Positions 1 to 6,405 of a DNA stretch of 24,000 nucleotides are shown piece after piece. Where the stretch lies: NCBI GenBank assembly GCA_027485995.1, contig JAIXPW010000047.1, forward strand, positions 1-24,000. Direction: 5' to 3'. The notes beneath the pieces are model-generated. The model did not search any database. It saw only the letters and a list, made by a program, of their open reading frames with translations, and had not been told where the DNA came from. Origin of the DNA: Verrucomicrobiaceae bacterium. Its GTDB lineage: Bacteria; Verrucomicrobiota; Verrucomicrobiia; Verrucomicrobiales; Akkermansiaceae. The position numbers and the translations under genes were made by a program. Each line of letters begins with the position of its first letter. The stretch's first letter is position 1.

Positions 1-100
1 CAAGGACGAAGCGCCTGTCCACCACGCGGGAAATGCAGTGGTAGATCGCCGGTTTCTCCAGCGAGTCCTTCCAGGGAGCGAGCCAGCGTGAACGCCTCAT
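1..100 (-). CDS. Partial (5' end only) IS200/RAYT-like Y1 tyrosine-transposase-family protein; gene continues past the left window edge
   Basis: Minus-strand ATG at 100..98 opens a frame reading MRRSRWLAPWKDSLEKPAIYHCISRVVDRRFVL to the window edge. The xAIYH(V/C)xSR(G/V)xxRRxxF pattern is the usual N-terminus of IS200-like/REP-associated tyrosine transposase proteins (recalled from memory). Only 33 codons are visible. Confidence 0.4.
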   Translation of the reverse strand, partial: MRRSRWLAPWKDSLEKPAIYHCISRVVDRRFVL

Positions 101-176
101 GGCCGAACCTTAGAGCCCCGCCCCCACAAGGCAAGAGGATTTCTCACACCTTGTCTGTCCCTATTTCTCTCTGAGG

Positions 177-1373
177 GTGGTGGTGGTCAAACCGGAATTG
201 CTGAAAATCATTTGCCTCCCGCATCTCCGGCGCTACACCGAGACCGTGATTTTTGATTTCGACACGCCGATTCCGCGCCGAGGCACAGGCAATATCAAAT
301 TCGACCGCCGACCGGAACTTGATCCGTTCTGGGTGGCAGACATGGACTTCGCCTCCTGCCCGGAGATCCTTGAAGCTCTGCACCGTCGCGTCGACCACGG
401 GATCTTCGGGTATGCCCAAGCCCATGATGGCTTGAACGAGGCCATCCTTTCCTATCTTGAAGCTCGCCGCGGAGCCGCTGTTCCGCTTTCCCATATCGTC
501 CATCTCGGTGGATTGGTCCCGGCGCTCTCCCTCGCCGCACGTGCCTTCTGCAAGGGTGACGAAGCGGTCATGACCTGCACGCCGGTTTACCCGCCATTCA
601 TCGGCGTTCACCACGACGCCCATTGTGAACTGATTACCGTCGATCATTCGTTTGAAGACGGAGCCTGGACCTTTGATTGGGAGTCCATGGAGAAGGCAGT
701 GACCCCGAAGACCCGCGTCTTCATCCTATGCAATCCGCAGAATCCGATCGGCCGGGTCTTCACCCGCGCAGAACTGATCCAACTGGCTGAATTCTGTGAT
801 AGACATGATTTGATCCTGGTTTCGGACGAAATTCACTGCGATCTGATTCTTGATCCGGAGGCGGAACACGTGTCCGGCGTGAATCTGCCTGAGCGTTTCC
901 AACACCGGATCATCACGCTGCTGGCCCCAAGCAAGACGTGGAACATCGCCGGCCTCGGCTATGCCTATGCCATCATCCCGGACGATTCTGTTCGTCGACG
1001 CTTCTGTGCGGCCCGCGGCCACACTCTTTCAGAGATCAACGCGCTGTCCTACTATGCCGCCGAGGCCGCCTACCGTCACGGCGAACCCTGGCGCCAGGAA
1101 CTGCTGGGATATCTGAGAGGAAATCGTGACACGCTCGTCGAGTTCATCCGCAGCCGCTGCCCGGGCCTTTCGATCGAACCGGGCCAAGCCACTTATCTTG
1201 CCTGGATCAATGGCAGTTCTCTTGGCAATCCAGCCCAGCATTTCGAAAAGTCCGCCGGGCTCTTTCTCTCCGATGGCGCGTTCTTCCAATGGCCCGGATG
1301 GTTTCGTTTCAACTTCGGCTGCCCACGGGCCCGCATGCTGGAGGGACTGGAAAAGATCGCCGCCCACCTCTGA
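177..1373 (+). CDS. patB: PLP-dependent C-S lyase / class I-II aminotransferase of the MalY/PatB (cystathionine beta-lyase-like) type
   Basis: 398-aa ORF. N-terminal FDFDTPIPRRGTGNIKFD, CNPQNPIGRVF and the PLP-lysine motif LLAPSKTWNIAGL are typical of MalY/PatB. The ORF-track start at 177 is GTG. An in-frame GTG at 246 would give MIFDFD..., the usual family N-terminus, so the true start may be 246. Confidence 0.9.
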   Translation: MVVVKPELLKIICLPHLRRYTETVIFDFDTPIPRRGTGNIKFDRRPELDPFWVADMDFASCPEILEALHRRVDHGIFGYAQAHDGLNEAILSYLEARRGAAVPLSHIVHLGGLVPALSLAARAFCKGDEAVMTCTPVYPPFIGVHHDAHCELITVDHSFEDGAWTFDWESMEKAVTPKTRVFILCNPQNPIGRVFTRAELIQLAEFCDRHDLILVSDEIHCDLILDPEAEHVSGVNLPERFQHRIITLLAPSKTWNIAGLGYAYAIIPDDSVRRRFCAARGHTLSEINALSYYAAEAAYRHGEPWRQELLGYLRGNRDTLVEFIRSRCPGLSIEPGQATYLAWINGSSLGNPAQHFEKSAGLFLSDGAFFQWPGWFRFNFGCPRARMLEGLEKIAAHL

Positions 1374-1420
1374 GCGGGTTTTTGCTTCGATTTTCCAAAT
1401 CACCGGTTCACTGTTTCCAC

Positions 1421-2104
1421 ATGGCACGCCTCCTGCGACTCATCGCCGTCATCTCACTGACCTTCAGCAGCCTCGCCTCCGCCGAGCATGTGATCCTCAC
1501 CGGTGGACCGGCCCTGCGGAAATGGGAGAACTACCGTGTGTCGGCCGACCAGCACGACCGCTGGTGGGCCAACTTCGTCCGGGCCTCCACCTTGCGCATG
1601 GCGGAGATCCGCAGCACCTACGGCAAGGATGCGCCGCTCGTCTGGATCGTGTTCCAACCCGGTTATGCCGCCCGCGGCCGGGAAGACGGCAAACCCTATA
1701 CGTCCTGGATCAGCCAGTTGGCGGCCGACCGCCGGGCAACACTCATCTGGATCAACAGCGGAGGAGATTTCATCCGGGCCATGAACGGTCGCCCCCGCGG
1801 CACGGTTCAGACCTTCGACTATTTTGGTCACTCCAACCGCTATTGCTTCCTCCTCGATTACAGCAGCGACATCATGGCCGCCTGCTCTGCCTGGGTGCAC
1901 GAACGGGATCTGCCCCGCCTCAGTTCATCGGTCTTCGCGAAGGATGCAAACTGCAAGAGCTGGGGATGCCACACCGCTGAAAGCATGAGCGACAAGTGGA
2001 AAAGCGCTACCGGCCACCCCCTCGAAGGCGCCACCGGCGCGACCAACTACGACAAGGTCGGCCAAGGAATCCTCCCCACCTCGACGAGTGGCTGGTTGAG
2101 ATAA
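1421..2104 (+). CDS. Secreted hypothetical protein (alpha/beta-type pattern, no family recognised)
   Basis: Internal ATG at 1421 of ORF 1289..2104 gives a signal-peptide-like N-terminus, MARLLRLIAVISLTFSSLASA-EH. GC-rich third codon positions throughout. The ORF portion upstream of 1421 overlaps the end of patB and looks non-coding. Confidence 0.75.
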   Translation: MARLLRLIAVISLTFSSLASAEHVILTGGPALRKWENYRVSADQHDRWWANFVRASTLRMAEIRSTYGKDAPLVWIVFQPGYAARGREDGKPYTSWISQLAADRRATLIWINSGGDFIRAMNGRPRGTVQTFDYFGHSNRYCFLLDYSSDIMAACSAWVHERDLPRLSSSVFAKDANCKSWGCHTAESMSDKWKSATGHPLEGATGATNYDKVGQGILPTSTSGWLR

Positions 2105-2167
2105 GCCACAGGCCCATCATCCTCATTCGCCGATCCCTGTCCCGCTCCCATTCCCATTTCGATTTCC

Positions 2168-3187
2168 ATGACCTACGACGAGCTTCACCGCCTCTACCAC
2201 CTGCCCTTCTTCGAACTCCTCAAGCAGGGCCGGGCCGTGCATGAGGCCAACTGGCCGGAGGCCGATGTGCAGCTCTGCACCCTGCTCTCGATCAAAACCG
2301 GCGGCTGTTCGGAGGACTGCTCCTACTGCGCCCAGTCCGCCCGCTACAATTCGGGCATCGAGGTCGAGCGACTGATGGCCAAGGACGACATCATGGAGCG
2401 CGCCAGAGCTGCCCGCGAGACTGGCTCGACCCGCTTCTGCATGGGCGCCGCCTGGCGTGGCGTGCGCGGCGGCACCCAACGTTTCGAGCAGGTGCTCGAC
2501 ATCGTGCGCGACGTTTCACAGCTGGGCATGGAAGTGTGTGTGACCCTCGGCGAGCTCGGGCCTGATGAAGCCGTGGCCCTCAAGGAGGCCGGTGTCACCG
2601 CCTACAACCACAATCTTGATACCTCACCGGAGCACTATCCGAATATCGTCACCACCCACACCTACGACGACCGCCTGCGGACCATCCGCAACGTCCAGGA
2701 AGCCGGCATGTCGGTCTGTTGTGGCGGCATTCTCGGCCTCGGCGAAACCATCGAGGACCGTCTGAAAATGCTGGAGGTCATTTCCAATTTCAACCCGCAG
2801 CCGGAAAGCGTGCCGATCAACTCGCTGATGCCGATGCCCGGCACTCCGCTTTCGGAAAACGCGCAGGTCGATCCGCTCGACCTCGCACGGATGATCGCCG
2901 TCACCCGCATCGCGATCCCGAAGGCCAAGGTCCGTCTTTCGGCCGGTCGCACCCGGCTTTCCGACGAGGCCCAGGCACTTTGTTTTTTTGCTGGAGCAAA
3001 TTCCATCTTCTACGGCGACAAGCTCCTTACCGCCAAGAACCCCGCTGTTGAGAAAGACCAGGCCCTTCTCGCGAAATTGGGACTGGGCACGCTTGCGCCG
3101 AATCTATCACTCGAATCGCCTTCGGCCAGTTTGAACCGTCCCCTGTCTCCGGCCACTGCCGACGAGGCGAAATGCGGTTGCTGCTGA
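2168..3187 (+). CDS. bioB: Biotin synthase (radical SAM)
   Basis: Radical-SAM CxxxCxxC motif CSEDCSYC (Cys codons 2306, 2318, 2327). Auxiliary-cluster ligand contexts RFCMGAAW, EVCVTLG, VCCGGILGLGE and RLSAGR match E. coli-type BioB. A ~34-aa C-terminal tail ends in KCGCC. Confidence 0.97.
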   Translation: MTYDELHRLYHLPFFELLKQGRAVHEANWPEADVQLCTLLSIKTGGCSEDCSYCAQSARYNSGIEVERLMAKDDIMERARAARETGSTRFCMGAAWRGVRGGTQRFEQVLDIVRDVSQLGMEVCVTLGELGPDEAVALKEAGVTAYNHNLDTSPEHYPNIVTTHTYDDRLRTIRNVQEAGMSVCCGGILGLGETIEDRLKMLEVISNFNPQPESVPINSLMPMPGTPLSENAQVDPLDLARMIAVTRIAIPKAKVRLSAGRTRLSDEAQALCFFAGANSIFYGDKLLTAKNPAVEKDQALLAKLGLGTLAPNLSLESPSASLNRPLSPATADEAKCGCC

Positions 3188-3267
3188 ATCGTTCCGCTTT
3201 TGCATTTCCGTTTTGGAGGATCGCTTGTTAACCCGGGCGCATCGAACAAGCACTCTCCATCACCGGG

Positions 3268-4380
3268 TTGGGTCTCCTCACGGCCCTCGGGCAATCGGTC
3301 AGCGACCAGATCTCCGCCATCGAGCAAGGTCAGACCCATTTCCGCCCGCTTTCGGAACTCCTCGGTCGCGAGAGTCCACACGGCGCCACGCGGGCTGGCT
3401 GGATCGGGTCCAGGGAGCTTCTGACCAGCCGGAAATGGAGTCCGGCGACGATGGCGGCCCTCCACGTTGCACGTGAAGCGGTGTCTGCCGCGAAATGGTC
3501 GGCCGATGACCTTCGGGATGCCGCCGTCGTCCTCGGAACCAGCCGAGGCAATGCCGCGGGCTGGCTCGCACCGTGGCCGGGAAGGCGTGCCTTCAAGCTG
3601 ATGGCCGCCAGCAACACCATCCACAGCGAGCCCGCCGCCGCCATCACCATCGAACTCGGCATTCAAGGGCCCTATCAGGTTCTCGCCAGTGGATGCTCGG
3701 CCGGATTGGACGCCATCGGAATCGCCTCGCTTCTCGTCCAGAGCGGGATCGTCCCCAGGGCCATCGCCGTGGCGGTCGATCTCCCTTTGGTCCCCTGCCT
3801 GCTGGACAGCTACGCCTCCTCCGGCCTTCTCTCGAGAGGCACCTCCTGCGACCCCTATTCGCCTGAAAGCGATGGCTTCATCCCAGCCGAAGGAGCTGCT
3901 GCCATGACCCTGGAGCTCCACCGGCCGGGCCACCCTTCCCTTTTCGGATATGCCGCCAACTCGGATGCCTGTGATCCACTCGGCATGCCGAAGGATGGAG
4001 GACGAAGCATCCAGCTCATCCAGCAGGCCATCGCCCGGCACGGTCGTCCATCCGCGCTATGCCCGCATGCGACCGGCACCGCAGTTCATGCGATCTCGGA
4101 ACCTGCCGCCCTCAAGGCATGCTTTTCCGAAACTCCCACTCCCAGCCTGCATCTCCTCAAGCCGTTCACGGGACATACCATCGGAGCAAGCGGTCTGGTG
4201 GAGGCCGCCATCCTGGCGTCCTTTCTTGGCAAGGGGAAACTGCCGCCGAACCTGGTCGGTCGAAGCCCGATCCACGGCTTCAATCTACCCGACCGTGCAC
4301 TCGACGCCTCGAGCCCAGTGTTCAAACTTTCCCACAGCATGGGTGGCCACAATGCCCTGCTCGTTCTTTCACCTCCATGA
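3268..4380 (+). CDS. Beta-ketoacyl synthase, KAS I/II (FabF/FabB-like) family, short form with intact Cys-His-His triad
   Basis: ITGLGLLTALG N-terminal strand. Active-site GCSAG (Cys codon 3694-3696), HATGT (His 4066-4068) and GHTIGASG (His 4174-4176). The frame is open from 3232, but TTG at 3268 is the first canonical start. The stop overlaps the next gene's ATG (ATGA at 4377-4380). Confidence 0.85.
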   Translation: MGLLTALGQSVSDQISAIEQGQTHFRPLSELLGRESPHGATRAGWIGSRELLTSRKWSPATMAALHVAREAVSAAKWSADDLRDAAVVLGTSRGNAAGWLAPWPGRRAFKLMAASNTIHSEPAAAITIELGIQGPYQVLASGCSAGLDAIGIASLLVQSGIVPRAIAVAVDLPLVPCLLDSYASSGLLSRGTSCDPYSPESDGFIPAEGAAAMTLELHRPGHPSLFGYAANSDACDPLGMPKDGGRSIQLIQQAIARHGRPSALCPHATGTAVHAISEPAALKACFSETPTPSLHLLKPFTGHTIGASGLVEAAILASFLGKGKLPPNLVGRSPIHGFNLPDRALDASSPVFKLSHSMGGHNALLVLSPP

Positions 4381-5486
4381 GCTCCGACCTGCGACTCCAA
4401 GTCTCCATCGACGACCAGACCCTCCGCCTGCTCAATGCGGACGGACTGCTTCGACAATTCATCATCTCCACCGCCGCCAAAGGTGTCGGATTCAAGGAAG
4501 GAAGCTACCGGACACCAACCGGTCGCTTCCAGATCGCGGAGAAAATCGGTCAGGGTGAGCCAATGGGAACCATTTTCACGGCCCGCGAACCCGCCGGACT
4601 CTGGTCTCCTGAGCAACCATGCACGGCGAGCGACCTCATCCTTACACGCATCCTCCGCATCGAGGGCCTCGATTCCGAAAACTCCAACACGTTCCAGAGA
4701 TTCATCTACCTTCACGGCACCAACCGTGAGGACCTGCTCGGACAGCCTGCCAGTCATGGCTGTATCCGGATGTCCAATCAGGACATCATCGAGCTGTTCG
4801 ACCTCGTCCAGCCCGGCACACCGCTTGAGATCCTGCCTCCCGTGCATAAGGGAGGGAAACTGATCTTCTTTGACTGTGACTCCACGCTCTCCTCGATCGA
4901 GGGGATCGATGAACTCGCCCGTGCCCGCGGCCAGGATGTTTTCGACAACGTGGTATCCCTCACCAACGCGGCCATGAATGGTGAGATTCCATTGGACGAA
5001 GTCTTTCCACGGCGCATGGAGATCATCCGTCCGGATCGAAGCACCTGTGAGGAGGTTGCCTGTCTCTATCAGGAAACCATCACTCCGGGATCACGCGAAC
5101 TTGTCGCCCGGCTGCGGCAGGACGGTTGGACCATTGTCATCCTTTCCGGGGGCTTCGCGCCGCTGATCGAGCCATTGGCGGGGACTCTGGGCATCGAACA
5201 TGTCGAGGCCGTCCCCTTGTTCCTGAACCCTGACGGGACCTATGCCGGATATGGATATGATTACCCCACCACACGCGCTGGAGGAAAAAACGAGATCATC
5301 CGCGAATGGAAATCCGCCTTGATCCCGCAGCGGGTCGTCATGATCGGCGATGGGGCCTCTGATCTGGAAACACAACCTGATGTGGATCTCTTTGTTGGAT
5401 ACGGCGGAGTGGTTTCCCGTCCCAAAGTCAAGGCGGGCGCAGGGGCCTGGATCGAACGAATGGACGATTTCGTGACTGTTATTTAA
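4377..5486 (+). CDS. Fusion protein: N-terminal YkuD-type L,D-transpeptidase catalytic domain + C-terminal HAD-IB phosphoserine phosphatase (PSPH/SerB-like) domain
   Basis: ATG at 4377 inside ORF 4059..5486. YkuD signature LHGTNREDLLGQPASHGCIRMSNQD (His/Cys codons 4755/4761). HAD motif I FFDCDSTL (Asp codons 4872, 4878), then SGGF, GGKN and IGDGASD; the whole C-terminal half aligns by eye with human PSPH as I recall it. No signal peptide or TM segment at the N-terminus. Confidence 0.85.
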   Translation: MSSDLRLQVSIDDQTLRLLNADGLLRQFIISTAAKGVGFKEGSYRTPTGRFQIAEKIGQGEPMGTIFTAREPAGLWSPEQPCTASDLILTRILRIEGLDSENSNTFQRFIYLHGTNREDLLGQPASHGCIRMSNQDIIELFDLVQPGTPLEILPPVHKGGKLIFFDCDSTLSSIEGIDELARARGQDVFDNVVSLTNAAMNGEIPLDEVFPRRMEIIRPDRSTCEEVACLYQETITPGSRELVARLRQDGWTIVILSGGFAPLIEPLAGTLGIEHVEAVPLFLNPDGTYAGYGYDYPTTRAGGKNEIIREWKSALIPQRVVMIGDGASDLETQPDVDLFVGYGGVVSRPKVKAGAGAWIERMDDFVTVI

Positions 5487-5528
5487 TCAGGCATCTCGGA
5501 ATCTTTCGAGGAACCATTCTTGCGTAAA

Positions 5529-5563
5529 TACCCTGATAACATAGGGTAAAATCGTGATATTTT
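5529..5563 (+). promoter_or_regulatory. Candidate operator palindrome (TACCCT-N8-AGGGTA) abutting an extended -10-like element (TGaTATTTT) upstream of the small HTH gene
   Basis: Inverted repeat TACCCT (5529-5534) / AGGGTA (5543-5548). TG at 5555-5556 followed by TATTTT at 5558-5563. No good -35. Position and symmetry are suggestive only. Confidence 0.3.
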
Positions 5564-5604
5564 GCCTTGTCATCGCACAGTTGGGGGGGTTCCATGTTGT
5601 CGTT

Positions 5605-5937
5605 ATGAGCACCAAATCAACCGTCAATTCCGCCAAGGGCAAGCGTTACTCCGAAAAGGAGAAGGCCGAGATCATCGCCTTCGTCGAAAAGGTGAACGCT
5701 GAAAAAGGCCGCGGTGGACAGAGCGCCGCTTCCGCCAAGTTCAAGATCTCCCAACTTACCATCTCGAGTTGGCTGAAGGCAGCAACCGGTGGCAGCACCA
5801 CCAAGGCAAGCAGCACCAAGGGTGGCTTCGGCTCGAAGCTTTCCAAGCTTTCCTCCCTCGCCAGCCAGATCGAGAAGGCCGAGAAGGAACTTGGCAAGCT
5901 CAAGTCCCAGTTCGACGCACTCAAGAAGTCGCTCTGA
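5605..5937 (+). CDS. Small (110 aa) basic protein with an N-terminal HTH resembling IS3 OrfA-type DNA-binding domains and a C-terminal coiled coil
   Basis: ATG at 5605 (the GTG at 5554 would add an implausible hydrophobic leader). KRYSEKEKAEIIAFVEKV...FKISQLTISSWLK resembles the transposase-type HTH. The C-terminal heptad-like LSSLASQIEKAEKELGKLKSQFDALKKSL suggests a coiled coil. Strong preference for AAG/GAG/ATC/TTC/GCC codons. Followed by a clear terminator. Confidence 0.7.
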   Translation: MSTKSTVNSAKGKRYSEKEKAEIIAFVEKVNAEKGRGGQSAASAKFKISQLTISSWLKAATGGSTTKASSTKGGFGSKLSKLSSLASQIEKAEKELGKLKSQFDALKKSL

Positions 5938-5962
5938 ACTTAACCACCATCATTCAAACTCC

Positions 5963-5999
5963 GAGCCGCCCTTCCCTTGTGGATTGGCGGTTCTTTTTT
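5963..5999 (+). terminator. Rho-independent terminator of the small HTH gene
   Basis: Stem GAGCCGCC (5963-5970) pairs with GGCGGTTC (5986-5993), including one G-U pair. 15-nt loop, then TTTTTT (5994-5999). Confidence 0.7.
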
Positions 6000-6405
6000 G
6001 CCTATCTGTCAGATTCGCTGTCCGCTAAACGGCGGGAATGATCTGGAACCGCTGAGATCACAGAGTTTGATCAGGCCGCTGCGGGGGAAATGGCTCCGGA
6101 TATTCTAATGGAAACATCTTCCTGCGTCGCAGGATGCCCTGGTTGCTTATCCTGAATCCGGAAATACCGACCAGGAACTTCAAGAGACATTACGCGATCA
6201 TGGAGGTCCAAATCGCGTCGGACTCTTTCATCTGGTGACTACGAAGATCGTTACGATTGCTTTTTGTTTCGTGCGTTTCGAGACGTTCGTGGTTACTGAT
6301 TTCCCTCCTGAGGCTTATGCGTTCTCCGTTTTCTCAGTGCCTGTGGTGATCAAGGTAAGGATTCACCAGCCAAGCTGAAGAAGATCTTCTTCATGACCGG
6401 GACGC

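Noticed and set aside
1374-1384. Terminator after patB (GCGGG followed by TTTTT)
   Set aside because: Only a 4-bp stem (CCGC/GCGG) can be drawn, which is too weak to call. The next gene starts 47 nt later on the same strand and may be co-transcribed.
3010-4041. Long alternative-frame and antisense ORFs: 3010..4041(-), 4086..4847(-), 1126..1980(+), 7272..8069(+), 11431..12276(-), 11541..12470(+), 12768..13427(-), 13379..14143(+), 21086..21760(-), 22450..23217(+)
   Set aside because: Each lies opposite or out of frame to a gene with strong family motifs. Their translations are Arg/Gly/Pro/Asp-rich low-complexity strings. Long spurious ORFs of this kind are expected in GC-rich DNA.
6090-6155. 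Cys-rich 21-aa micro-ORF (MAPDILMETSSCVAGCPGCLS) as a RiPP/lanthipeptide-like precursor
   Set aside because: No modifying enzyme, transporter or protease genes are adjacent. The G-rich SD-like run is only 2 nt from the ATG, and the codon usage is atypical. It is kept only as a note inside the non-coding-gap finding.
5554-6405. IS3-family insertion sequence (the OrfA-like HTH protein as part of a mobile element)
   Set aside because: There is no OrfB/DDE ORF, no A6G-type frameshift site and no terminal inverted repeats. A strong terminator directly follows the gene, and its codon usage looks native.
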